DNA of 64,000 nt, from assembly GCF_006345805.1 (NCBI RefSeq), contig NC_043012.1, positions 19,592,001 to 19,656,000 on the forward strand. Direction: 5' to 3'. Source of the DNA: Octopus sinensis (taxonomy: Eukaryota). The translations under genes were made by a program, and so were the position numbers. This document shows positions 26,711 to 40,583 of the stretch, piece by piece. Position 1 is the stretch's first letter. Every line of letters starts with the position of its first letter. Below the pieces are notes generated by a model. The model saw only the letters and a program-made list of their open reading frames with translations, made no database searches and was not told where the DNA came from.

Positions 26711-27964
26711 ACGAATGTAATGGCTGATAAAATTGAAAAACGCTACTAAAAGGAATTATATCAGCGTAATAAGCAGCGATACTGTAATGACTTTCCGCAT
26801 TGATTTAATATAACCGACAAATGACGGGCTGCAAGTGTTATATATCTTGAATACTTTATACGAAGTGGTGATGCACTAAACGCAAGCCATGTACTAGATG
26901 ATAACGAGATCAAAGGACAAACACTCACCAATGGTTAGAACCTTTATAAAATGCAATAATTTAGGCCCTTAACAACACAATAAATAGGAATGACAATATC
27001 TGAATACCAAACAACTACTTCAATGTTCCAATATTACTAAAGTATACTTTGTGTTTACAAATTACAATAAAGTATACCATGAGAGAAAATCGAGTAATAA
27101 TTTTAGAAGTGAGTTACTCTAATACTACAATTAATGATAGCTTTGCAAAATGATACAGTCATTTCCTTAACTAATAAGGCTCCCGATGACATTAATATTA
27201 TCACCGTTATGCTACGCGTTGGTTTTCATATAATTCAATATATTGTACAGTAATTATAGTGTGATCTTCTATGTTGAATAGCATTTACACGTGTTAATAT
27301 CTGAGGTTGAATATATTAAATAACTTCAAAGACTTCAACAGTGTTATTGCAACCTTAAATAGGAATTCATTTGCACGGTCATTAATGATTTACAGCATGC
27401 CAGTCTCAATCAGAGAAATATATTAATAAGATGTGAGATCATTAATTAAACCTCATGGTAAGATTAAACAAATTCTTTGTTCATCCATATTTAGTTATCG
27501 AATCACATAGAACCATAACTAAAATTTATATCATGATTGTCTATTAGATGTGTTAATAAAGCTAATATATCTGTAGATATTGATATCAATATCTATTCAG
27601 ATATTAAATGAGAACTTATAAATCTATGAGAGGATACTATTTCAAATATATAATTGATATGGAGTTTGTTGTAGTGTACACATTGGAAATTGTGAAGCAA
27701 TGCTTGCTCGGAAATTGCTGGGGCGCATTTAATATTGTTTCTTGGTGTACGTATATGACCATAGAAAACAAGAGTTGTTGGCAAATAATGAAGTGAATAT
27801 TATGAAAGATATTCTTTTTGCCCTCCGCTAATTCTGAGATCAAAACTGATTGGGATTATATATTTCTGTGACATATTTTCTTTTATAAAGACTAAAACAA
27901 AAGAGAAAGAAACCTAGTAACAGTCTATGATAACTTCCTCTGGATATCTGTGATATTCTTTTCT

Positions 27965-28150
27965 ACTCTAGGCACAAAGCCCTAAATTTTGGGGAGGTGG
28001 GCAGTCGATTAGATCGACCCCAGTACGTAACTGGTGCTTAATAAGTCGATCCTGAATGGATAAAAGGCTAAGTCGATCTCGGCGGAATTTGAACTCAGTA
28101 CGTAATGACAGACGAAATACTGCTAATGATTCTGCTAGCTCGCCGCCTTG
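27965..28150 (-). mobile_element. SINE family B, monomer with terminal tail
   Basis: CTAGGCACAAAGCCCTAAATTTTGGGGAGG tail, central domain, one B-box, and head GCTAGCTCGCCGCCTT on +. Confidence 0.85.
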
Positions 28151-28297
28151 ATAAAATCTATGATATTATGACGGAAATGTGTGTAGTAGTTTGAATATAT
28201 TATTAATTTTATCTATCTACTTTTCTCTCTATGTATGTATACACTCCCACACATACACACCCACACGCAGTCAAATGCACTCATACGCACGCAGATA

Positions 28298-28328
<31 letters not shown>

Positions 28329-29224
28329 ATATGCGTGTGTGTGTGTAAGAGGACCACAATATTTGGCTGATGTAAAATAGAATACGCTACTTAAAATCTT
28401 TGAGTATCTGCATAACTAGAGTCAAGTCCAGTTAGTTTTGTTCTGACATGGGGACTTATTACTTGTAATAAAGAAGTCAAACTAAAGTGGGGTGTATTGA
28501 CATACATTAATTAGTACGTTTGAGGTTGGCGTATTAGTATAATACATGATACGAAGTACATTCTTTATGTTAACCATTCTCAAATAAATCATTTCAAAAT
28601 ATAAAAAAAAAAACGTTGTTGAAAAATTTCACTATATATGTGGTTAAAGCAACAACCCGGCTGCCAAGTTAAAAAGATAGATATATATTCAGAAGGAGAG
28701 AGAAAGAAAGTAGAATGGAGAATGGGAGGATGGGAGACGAAAGGGAGAAAAGAAGAGTGAGAGATATGTAAAGAGGACTAGTTGGGAGGAGGAGAAGAAC
28801 GGGGATGTACGAGTGAATGATAATTGGATGGTTTTGTTTGTTTGAATAGAAATCTAAGTATAATTGATGAAAAGTCGCAGACTGAGGTCAACAATTTAGG
28901 GAGAGGATGTATTACGGTGCGTTTAATCGTTGCAGTATTGGATTATTTATATATATGGCACGGGGATTCGGAGTAAACAACAACAACAACAGCAACAATA
29001 ACAATAATAATAAAGATAATTAAGCGCTGAGACACACAGGAGCAAACACGCGTAAATATATACAATACACATGCACCCACACGCATATACACATATGCAC
29101 ATATATAGATACAAATGGTTATGCATATACGTACATAAGTACATATATAGTTACACACACGTATATGTGAATATGCAATATATGTGTGCGTATATACATA
29201 CATACATATGCATATTTGTATATA

Positions 29225-29264
<40 letters not shown>

Positions 29265-29278
29265 CATTATATGTATAT

Positions 29279-30290
<1,012 letters not shown>

Positions 30291-30869
30291 GTGTATATAT
30301 ATATATACCTGTGTGTGTGAAGGTGTAAATATATATATATATTTGTTTGTTTGTATGTATGTACGTATATATATGTAAATACACACACACATACACACAT
30401 ACACACACACACACACACAAACACACATACATATATACATATAATTATCTACATAAGTATATACCTACACACATACGCATCGGCACTGATGTCGATCTTC
30501 AATGTCCGTTATCTCTTTTTAGGTAGAGCCGCTCAATATCTGTAGAAATACACACACATACACACACATGCATAATGCACACACGTCTTGGATGTTATAA
30601 ATATTTGAAAAGGCTGAATCAAAATAATGTTTATCCATTCATTTTGGCATTTAATTCATTATCAGTCCTAGTACAAAATCAAATAGCTACATGTAAGGGT
30701 TTGCAAGTGCTATATATATTAATGTAACCCATAATTTCTGTGTGGATGACAATATTTATGCTAAAAATATTAAAAATGCCAAAAAAATAAAAGAACACTA
30801 GAATTTTTAACATTCTCAGCTGATATCGTAACGGAACTTCACCAAAAGAAATATTCATATTTGATAGAT

Positions 30870-31345
30870 GAACAAGAAAATCACTCCCTTAGTCCAAAAA
30901 CATGGCATCAATGACCTCACTATCTTCTCTTGACGCACACCAAAAATGCTACCAGTACTTAGACATTTATGAATACAAATACGAATCTATATTGAATAAA
31001 AATAAAGTAACCTAAATTTGATATGTCAGACTCAGAAAAGTATGTCAGTCGGAACAGTCTTCCTACGAGACAACATACCATCTGTAGTAGCAGAGCTAAT
31101 TCCAAAATTTGAGATACTCAACTGGTCTGTAGAAGAAACACACTCTATAAAAGTTAAAATCAGCAAGATACGGACTCCAACTGGGAATCTCCACAGATAT
31201 ACTGATATCGAGGGGATCTACCTAAGAAGAGATAAAGCAGGCAAGGGGCGTGAAATCTGTGCAGACAACCTTCAAGTGTTGCATAGTATCTTTCAGACAA
31301 TAATCCTTAATAAATGATCGTAGAAAGAATGAATACATTCACTTA
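30870..31345 (+). mobile_element. R4/Dong-clade non-LTR retrotransposon RT C-terminal fragment, possibly continuing at 31760-31900 after a SINE
   Basis: CYQYLDIYE..LNKNKVT..VRLRKVCQSE, LIPKFEILNWSVEE..IKVKISKIRTPTGNLHRYTDIEGIYLRRDKAG and GVKSVQTTFKCCIVSFRQ match the YKYLG...LDW..EE...D.KTRK...GNxH..SDIDRLYL.R..GGRGLKS pattern. Confidence 0.75.
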
Positions 31346-31347
31346 GT

Positions 31348-31757
31348 GCAGGAGTGGCTGTGTGGTAAGTAGCTTGTTTACCAACCACATGGTTCCGGGT
31401 TCAGTCCCACTGCGTGGCACTTTGGGTAAGTGTCTTCTACTATAGCCTCGGGCCGACCAAAGCCTTGTGAGTGGATTTGGTAGACGGAAATTGAAAGAAG
31501 CCCGTCGTATATATGTTTATATATATATATATGCGTGTGTGTGTTTGTGTGCCTGTGTTTGTCCCCCTAGCATTGCTTGACAACCGATGCTGGTGTGTTT
31601 ATGTCCCCGTTACTTAGAGGTTCGGCGGAAGAGACCGATAGAATAAGTACTGGGCTTACAAAAGAATAAGTCCCGGGGTCGAGTTGCTCTATTAAAGGCT
31701 GTGCTCCAGCATGGCCGCAGTCAAATGACTGAAACAAGTAAAAGAGTAAAAGAGTAA
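31348..31757 (+). mobile_element. tRNA-derived SINE family A, full length
   Basis: A-box TGGCTGTGTGG, B-box GGTTCAGTCCC, central TTTGGGTAAGTGTCTTCTACTATAGCC, internal (AT)/(GT) tract, and tail GCTCCAGCATGGCCGCAGTCAAATGACTGAAACAAGTAAAAGAGTAAAAGAG. Confidence 0.92.
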
Positions 31758-31984
31758 ATAGTAGAACAATGACCTACTTTCGGCAGTGAGATGTTAAGGA
31801 TGCACGCCTTCCGTGGTGACCTACCAAAAAACACCACGAGGGCCGGACTGCCATACCTCAAAATAACTTGGATGCGAAACGCTCAGTATAGCATATAAAG
31901 TCCGTGCATGTTAATATTTCCAGAAACCTTCAAGCAAAACAGTAATATTCTTTTCAAATTTTGGTACAAGACCAACATGTTAGG

Positions 31985-32150
31985 CGGATTGTGGGTAAGT
32001 GGATCTCATAGACCCCACTGTTCAACTTGTATTTATTTTATCGATCTTGGAAGGATGAAAGGAAATGTCGTTTTCGGGGCAATTGACGGACGAAATACAG
32101 TTACGCGTTCTGTCCCCTGTGTTACCTATTTTGAGTGCTCGACGCCGTAA
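31985..32150 (-). mobile_element. SINE family B remnant
   Basis: TTTTATCGATCTTGGAAGGATGAAAGG and GGACGAAATAC on +. Confidence 0.55.
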
Positions 32151-33044
32151 AGAAGACAACAATATTGAAATGAAGCGAATGTTTTTTTCTTGGACTCATG
32201 ATCGCCGCATCACACCCCGCCTTGAAAGCTATGCATTTGCAATCCAAACGTAACTGATTGCTCAGAAATACCTAATAAATCAAAAATACAGTGTAACCCT
32301 TGGAGATACAAGATGCAACCAAAGTGTAAATTATGTCATATATCTGACATAACACATGAGATTAGCAGTTGTTAAAAAATGTCATCTTTGACTTGGAAAC
32401 TGTTTGTTTCTGTCTTATTAGTTATGTAACGCAGAAAGAACGCGACTTCACCGGAATACGGCCACAAGTTATTTGTAATATTTCATTCAGATGATGAATA
32501 ATCAATGACTTTAAACAAACTATCAACCAAAAACAAACACATGATATGTGCTACTAAAATATTGACTCAATCTAAGATCGATACTTTTACCGTTCCTCAT
32601 TAACCACTATATGACTATTGCCGTTATGTCCTGATGAACCTTGCCTTGATGTGGGCAGTTTTCACCAAGTACACATAGCATATCTGCCACCCAAATTACA
32701 TCTAGTAAAGGAACGTGTGCGAGAGAGAATGAGACAAAGCTACAGAAATATACAAAGAGAAGCGCCGATCGCAGTTCAGGAAAATCTTTTATTTATCCAG
32801 CCCTAAAGAATGAAAGTCAAAGTTTATATGACTCATTCTTAAAACCAGTGTGCTGATGGCCCGAACGAATTGTAAAAAATACCTATCGAAATATATAACA
32901 GCTTATGCAAATCACTTTATACGTACAAGAAAACGTATCTACACGCATGCTTATATGGGCTTTATATTCTACATAGGTACAGGTGTGTCTGTGTGGTATG
33001 AAAACGTTCCCAGACTAGTTATGTTTAATAAAACATAACTTAAT

Positions 33045-33990
33045 TACTGAAGTTTTAACATCATCTACTTCGAAATCGTCACATTACGAAGCAATAGACC
33101 AGCCCCAGTTTTCCTGCCACTTTTGGAATCCGGTGTAGAAGTCATTTTCCGTTAGCAAGTCTAGAACCTACTGCGATTCGCTCTGGATGTGGACAACGGT
33201 GTTAAAAAGGCGGCATTTCAGGTGCATTTTGATCATGCGGAAGTGATGGAAGTCGGCCGGTGCTAAATCTGTCAAATAGAGTGGGTGCTGTTGCATTTGG
33301 TACTTCGCGCTCCACAGCGCCGGTCGCTCTCGTGGAATGTCCTCTCTCATATGCTTCAAAACGCCGATGTAGAACTCGCAATTGACGGTGTGGTCCTGGA
33401 AGACGAATTCTCGGTGCACAATACCGCAGATGTCGAAAAATTAAAACAATGAGCATTCTCTTGAGCTGCAGCTCTGTCGTGCCTTGTTTGTTCGTGGAGA
33501 TAAAGGGCTCTTCCAATATGATTGCTGCCTCGCTTCAGGGTCGTTCCCGTAGACACAAATCACGTTACCTGTAATGATCCTTGACATGAAGGATGGGTCA
33601 TAAGCGGCACGCTGACAGATTTTGACAAACTTCGACGCGATTTTCTTTCTGTTCAGTGGTCAGCAGGCGGGGGACAAACTTGGCATAGACACGCCGCATG
33701 CTCAGTTCAGATGTTAGGATTGCTGGCAGACCAACAACGACAGGCCAACAATATCAACAGTTTCGTTGATTGTCTCCGACAATCTTCATGCACGATCTGA
33801 TGAATTTTGTCCACATTTCCGGGGGTGACGCTCGTAGCAGGATATCCTGATAGCTCATCGTCTTCCGTTGACGATCTTCCGACTGTAGAAACGCTCATGC
33901 AACTCGAGACATTGTGTATGAGCCATTGTCCTCTTGCTGTAATGTTGCCGAAGCATTCTCAAAGTATCTAAAGCAGACTTCTCTAATATA
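33045..33990 (-). mobile_element. Decayed mariner transposase, 5'-truncated
   Basis: KSALDTLRMLRQHY, TEDDELSGYPATSVTPGNVDKIHQIVHED, LYLTDLAPADFHHF and FQKWQENW. Confidence 0.85.
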
Positions 33991-33999
33991 AGGAAAAAT

Positions 34000-35187
34000 C
34001 TCAGCCCTGAATTAATTGTGGTTTCTGATTTACAGGTGTTTGAACCGAGTCAAGTGTGAAATGGAGCCTGTTGAGTGTCGAGCAGTGATCCGGTTTTTGT
34101 ATTTGAAAGGACGCACACCACGGGAGACTTTTGATGAAATGAAAGTAACTCATGGTGATGATACCCCATCATATGACCTTGTAAAACGCTGGCATCGTGA
34201 ATTCAAACATGGTCGGAACTCTGTGGAAACAGCTCACAGATCTGGTCGCCCCTTCTGCCATTGATGAGGCATCTGTCCGTCAAGTTGAGGCTGCCATTTT
34301 GGAAGATCGACGCATAATTATTCGCCAAATAGCCCATGAGGTCAATATTAGTACCGGGTCTGTGGAAACTATCATTCATGACCATTTGCATATGCAAAAG
34401 GTGTGTCTGCCAGATGGATTCCCAGGTTGCTCACGCCTTTCCAGAAGCAAGAACGCGTCGAGTGCTCGAGGGTGAATTTGGAGATGTGCCAAGAAGATGA
34501 GTCAAAATTTTTCAAAAGACTGATTACACAGGATGAAACCTGGGTCCATCTCGATGATCCAGAGACCAAAGCCCAGTCAATGCAGTGGAAGCACCATGAC
34601 TCACCTCCTCCAAAGAAGGCAAGGGTGCAGCCCTCCGCTGGCAAGGTCATGCTCACAGTCTTCTGGGACCAGGTCGGAGTAGTGATGACAGATTTCGTGG
34701 CAAAGGGTACCACAATTGCAGGAGCCTCTTATGCTTCACTTTTGAGGAAATTAAGAGAAGTTATCAAAATCAAGAGGTGGGGCAAGATCAGCACAGGCAT
34801 CCTCCTCCTGCAGGACAACGCTCCGGTCCACAACTCGCTTGTCGCCAGATCAGAAGCACAGGCGTATGGCTATGAACTCCTCCCCCATCCCCCTACTTTC
34901 CTTACCTTGCACCTTCTGATTTTCACCTCTTCCTAGTCATGAAGTTGTTTTTCAAAGGAAAGCGTTTCCCAGATGATGTAGCCTTGATTTTTGAAGTCAC
35001 GTTGAGGTTGGAGGACCAAGCTGGGTTCTTCTACAAAAACGGTCTCCAGAGCTGCATCAAACAATGGGAGAAATGCGTAACTCTGGGTGGTTCCTATGTA
35101 GAAAAAGACTAATAACTGTGCCAAGTTTCGTTGCTCTACTGCTATGGGAAGTGGGTCAGGGGCATTACTTATTGAACGCCCCTCGTA
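34000..35187 (+). mobile_element. Mariner (DD34D) element with frameshifted transposase at 34061-35112; 3' TIR present, 5' TIR lost
   Basis: MEPVECRAVIRFLYLKG, SARWIPRLL, LITQDETWVH and LLQDNAPVH...HPP(YSPD)LAPSD, with 34 residues between the last two Asp after frame correction. At least 3 frameshifts. Ends TTATTGAACGCCCCTCG followed by TA. Confidence 0.93.
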
Positions 35188-35209
35188 TATATATATATAT
35201 TATACTTAA

Positions 35210-35304
35210 GGGCATCTAAGCGATACCAGAATGCTAGTAATAGCAGCCAAAACTTGACAAGTTTTGGCTGCTATTTCTAGCTTGGTGATATCTCTTGGAT
35301 ACCC
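35210..35304. mobile_element. 95-bp palindromic MITE flanked by TTAA
   Basis: TTAA|GGGCATCTAAG...GCAGCCAAAACTTG-A-CAAGTTTTGGCTGC...CTTGGATACCC|TTAA. Arms of about 47 bp with a 1-nt loop. Confidence 0.75.
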
Positions 35305-38300
35305 TTAATTATAATTTTGATAATAATCGTTACCTTTGAAATGTTTATTCCCGTGCTGGCCACCTGATAAGATGGGTATATTAAATAACGTTCTTATCCT
35401 TATTCATATAAATTTATATATATGTATATATATATATACAGACACACATACTGTATTTCCTCATGTTTTTTTTACTTCAGAGTCTAAATATTTATGAATT
35501 CAACTTTACCTTTCATACCTTTAAGAGCAAGCAATAAAATAAGTAGCAGTTATTAACACTGGAGTTAATATAATAGATTTCCTCCCTCCATGATAATGGC
35601 TTGCTTGCATCAAAGTATAAATGCCTTTAAGTAGAACGCAAGTGTATACAAGCATTGCAGCTCAAAAAGTATGGAAGGTAAGTGTTAATGTTTTGAATGA
35701 GACTATTTTCACTTTAGTATTTCTAAATTTCATCTCATTATAGTATTACGATCTGGATTATAAAACTATTGGATTAAAAGTTCCATTCCTCATTACAAAC
35801 TATTACTAACTACTCGAAAACAGGACTGAAGTAGGACTGCAACTATCTATTTAGTATGCTGAATAGAATATGCTGTAACAATAAGTGATTGCAATTAATG
35901 TTTGATGTTAATAATTTCGCACACTACTCATACCCTACTCTGAAATAAAGACATAAATTGCTACTAAATAAAAAAAAATACAAATTATACTCATATGCAT
36001 ATTAATGATATTCATCAATATTTATGATTTAATATTTCTCATAACACGACACACATTTCATATAATATTTATTAACGTTCGTGTTCCTGCACACATTCAT
36101 TTCTATCAATGACTACAATAACACTCAAATATTGTAGCCCATTTATTTAACATTATATAACGCAGTTATTCATAACATGTTTTATTTAGAGGGCTCACAA
36201 GAAATTATCCAGCCTGATTCATTAAAATTTTAAGAATACCTCTGTTAGTACAACATTACGAAAAGACACACCGCGCAAATCCTTGAGTTTGTATTTGGAT
36301 ATTACGTCTGATTCTTAAATGCATGCGATGTTTGATGGTATCCATTTATCTCCGGAAAATCTTGATCTTCGTCGACGAAATTTTGTTTGGTCTTTTTGTA
36401 ATTTGTAGAATCAGAAACTATGCACGAAAAATATAAAAGTTTTTCTGATATGTAAAGTGCAGCATTTGACCTGTACAATAAATGTTTACGGCCAAAACTG
36501 ATTGAGCGTTACACAATTGATTGTATCTTTGTTACCAACTCTTCCAAAATAAAGCCCAGCATTAAATGCCTTAACCACATCCGCGCTTCAGGTACTGGTC
36601 ATACACAAGGTTCTGTCATTTGAAGTATGTGTGGAGATAGTTACAAGTATCACTTTTGTTATACTGCAAAATCATACTGCATCTCAAGATGCGATATTGG
36701 GAGCCAACTGGCAAATAGTGCAGTGATGTTATTCGGTAAAATAACCAAAAATGTCTGACAAATTTATTAGATTACCATGCGATACTCTGCTTGCACATTC
36801 GTCAGAAGAGGCACCGATGCGATATCATTTTTCTCGTGGGTTCTTTTCACAGTACTGCAGGAAAATGAAATCAGCACAAACGGTGCAGGTTGTAGGATTG
36901 GTCTAAGGAAAGTTCGAGCTTGATCATTTTTATCACGATAACAGAGAAATATATGAACTACTCCAAACATACTCGTGCCTACCCATGCAAATTTACAAGA
37001 ATTTCGACACGAAAGGTAAATAATGCAGCGAGATGGCAATGCAACGGAATCATATGCACAGCTTTGCAAATATGCATCTTATTTTACATTAAACCCTTCA
37101 TACGAAACATCGTCAATTAAGTCGTATGGTCGCGATATTATTTGTGTAGAAAATATTGGTTTAAAATTTTGACAAACGAGCAGTAGGTTCGCGGGAGTAA
37201 TTAAAACGATTTCATCGACCTCATTGCTCAACAGTTACTTATTTTAACGACCCCGAATGGATGAAAGACAAAGTTAACTTGGGCAGATATGTATAGGAAA
37301 TATTAGTATCTGGAAAGGTGTTTGCACACTGATACTGTAATGAAACAGATAAATGAAATACAAGTGAACTATAAAGATAAACGCCCATAGAACTTGTAAG
37401 AAGACATTTAATATAGAATCCAATTGCCCTTTTCCCATCAATCAAAATGTTGGGCCTTTCACTGATGTTAGGTGTCGATATATTTCTGCCAAATCCTTAA
37501 TTCCACTACATCTAGATATATGAAACATCCATTATATGGTCATGTAACTTATTTGTAACAACGACCTGCTTGAAATAATATCCCACTAACAATAACTTCC
37601 AAATATTCCTTAAGAGTACACTAGTCCTGTAAAAGAATAGACCCACTGGGAAACGTGGGCAAGATGGTTAGGCTGGCTGCAACGCTTCTGATCATCAGCC
37701 ATCAAATGGACAACAATAAAAAAAAAGTTGCCAACGGCTGACAAAATTGTTAGGGCTTTATATTCAAAATGCACTTTAAGATTTACTATATTTAATATTA
37801 TATTTGTGTTTAGGGTTTACGAATTATATGGGAAATAATTTTGAGGTACATCTAGTCTGTCATAGCATTTTTCAAAGAAAAGCTTAAGTTTGTGCCCGAA
37901 GAGTAGAACCAATGAAAATAGCTGAACATGTTACAATTTTCGCTCAAGTATGACAAGAATCGTATATGTCTAGACATACTGAATCATACATACGTTTGAG
38001 ATACATTAGTCCACATTTGCAGCATAGCTACATAGTATATTATAAACTGAAGTAATTAAGAGATCGATATATTATTCGTAATTTCTAATCGACTGTAAAT
38101 CTTTTCATATGATTCAAATTATTTTCAAAAGAAAATAATTATGGAATTTCATATCTATTCATATCTAAATATTTGAGAACGTTTGAAATTACTGTCTGAA
38201 TTACGAGTTATAGAATTGTTTAATGTAAACAGCAATGAATATTCAAAATTATTAATTTCTCTTAGGCTTCTCTATGAAATCGAAATGAAAGTACAAAAAC

Positions 38301-39302
38301 AGTATATCACCGAGTAAAGTTAATGGATATTTCAAAAAGACGACAAAAACCTTAATGCTAAGTATTTGTATGTGTATTTGTTTGTAAAAGTGTTTGTATT
38401 ACTGAACGTTATGAATTTATTCCTAATTAGTCTATATTTATGTCTTTCAACTTGAGGCATTTCTCAAAAATGCATTGTCGTTGTTACAAAACAAACGACT
38501 GACGACATACACACACGTAGAACTAGACACACACACAGCAAACACAACAGGCACGACACAATGCAACACACACATGTAAGCATGTAGTCATTTTTTTATG
38601 AGAGGCTTCGTGTATATATAAGAGTGTATGTGTGTGTGCGTGTGTATATATGTGTGTCTGTGAATGTGTGTGTGTGTAAGAGAGACTGAGAGAATGAGTG
38701 TATGTGTGTGTGCTTATTTGTATGTGTATGTACGTAATTGTATGTTTGGGTGTGTATATGTCTCCGAAGTTTTGTACGTTTTATAGAAACTATTGAAAAG
38801 GAGATACGACAATATTAAAGAAATCGTTCTTTTCTTACGTATTAATATCCAAACATCACTAGTTGTTGTCCAATAGGATGATAAATAAACAGTAAATGTC
38901 GGGAGACATCAATACAGTCTCATTTAGAAACAGGCATTATTGATAGTAAGAAATATTTCTTTACAATTCAGCATTGAATTTTAACTGATCTGAGAGGAAA
39001 ACAGTGTATTAAATAATTAATTTATCTTTGTTTCCAAATAAATCCGTGGAGATAGGATCATAATTGAAATTATAAGAATTCTGCAATAGATTGTCTCAAT
39101 TCATAATAATATAAAGTAATTAAATCTTGCATTGTAATAACTCTGTTTACATGAATCTTTCCTGAAATGTATTTAGATTTAATTAGTTCAATGAATGTTA
39201 CATAATATTTGATATTAATTCTGAGTGACTATAATTCTTCATAAGTTCACATACACACTGGTACCCAGACACATATATATATAAATATCGAAATACGATA
39301 TT

Positions 39303-39363
<61 letters not shown>

Positions 39364-39387
39364 CGTGTGTGTGTGTGTGTGTGTGTG

Positions 39388-39528
39388 TGTACCTATGTAC
39401 ATATATATGTATCTATAATACATAGAGAGAGAGAGAGAGAGATAAATAGATAGATATGCATGTATATATATATATATATATTTTTTTTTATCTCTCTCTC
39501 TGTATTATAGATATATATATGTACATAG

Positions 39529-39584
<56 letters not shown>

Positions 39585-39640
39585 CTATGTACATATATAT
39601 TTATATATATATACAGAGAGAGAGATAAATAGATATATAT
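39388..39640. repeat. Forward-reverse-forward triplication of a ~60-bp microsatellite-embedded motif
   Basis: ACCTATGTACATATAT..ATAATACATAGAGAGA..GATAAA, then its reverse complement, then forward again. Junctions lie in (AT)n. Confidence 0.8.
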
Positions 39641-40300
39641 ACATGTATGTATATATATATGTATGTATGTATATATATATATATATATGTATATATACGT
39701 ATGTATGTAGGTATATATATATATATACCTCATGAAGTAATTGCATCCTTTTTGACAGTACTTTAATTTACAATTTAACCTGCCTCTAACCCTAAATGCA
39801 ATTATGAAGAGGAAACTGCAAAATATTATATGGGAAACTCTCTTTAGCTGCGCATTAAAATAAGTATGAAAGAGTTTGTTGCCATACCATGTATAAACTT
39901 GAAATCACACTTTCATAATATAAGTGTCAATCTTTGTATATATAAATAGTTAATATCCCAGACTGAATGTTTAGCACCAAATTTTAAACAATATAAGTGT
40001 TACTTGCATATCGGAGCTACAAGCATTATATGTATAATTATGTTCGCTGGCGCACGCGTGCCTGTGTGTGTAATAAATTCATTATGATGTAAATTTTATT
40101 CAATGTTCGCAGACGAAACATCACTTTTCTCCCATTGACCCTGCTCTTCTGGTTGACATAACGGAGATTCATTTATTTGTATCTCCACTATTAGAATTAT
40201 TTCATGATCTGTTGTTCCCGTCTGTTTAAAATTTTCTCAATTATTATTCTCACAGCCGCTTCAATATCATATTAAATCACCCATTTAACTTGTTGGAATA

Positions 40301-40334
<34 letters not shown>

Positions 40335-40374
40335 GAGAGAGAGAGAGAGTTGAAATTTATAGAAAAAAATGACG

Positions 40375-40520
40375 AACACAGGTGTATGAACAACAATCAA
40401 GTGATTTAGTTTGACGCTTGGGAAAAATGAAAAAAGACTTTTAGTTTTCGAGCCTACGCTCTTCATTATAAAGGAATAAGAGAAAATAGACAGAGAGAGA
40501 ATGAAAAAAATCTTGTGCTG
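40375..40520 (-). mobile_element. Penelope-like terminal repeat remnant with a hammerhead-like motif
   Basis: The minus strand reads CTTT-ATAATGA-A-GAGC-GTAG-GCTC-GAAAA-CTA-AAAG. Stem II and GAAA are intact; the core is mutated. Confidence 0.45.
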
Positions 40521-40532
40521 TTCAACATGGCG

Positions 40533-40583
<51 letters not shown>

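Noticed and set aside
31348-31420. tRNA genes at SINE heads
   Set aside because: A and B boxes are present, but I could not build a convincing cloverleaf, and the sequences continue into SINE bodies.
34020-34064. Splice-acceptor-like TTCTGATTTACAG upstream of the mariner ATG, suggesting a SETMAR-like fusion
   Set aside because: The transposase has several frameshifts, so no domesticated protein is possible from this copy.
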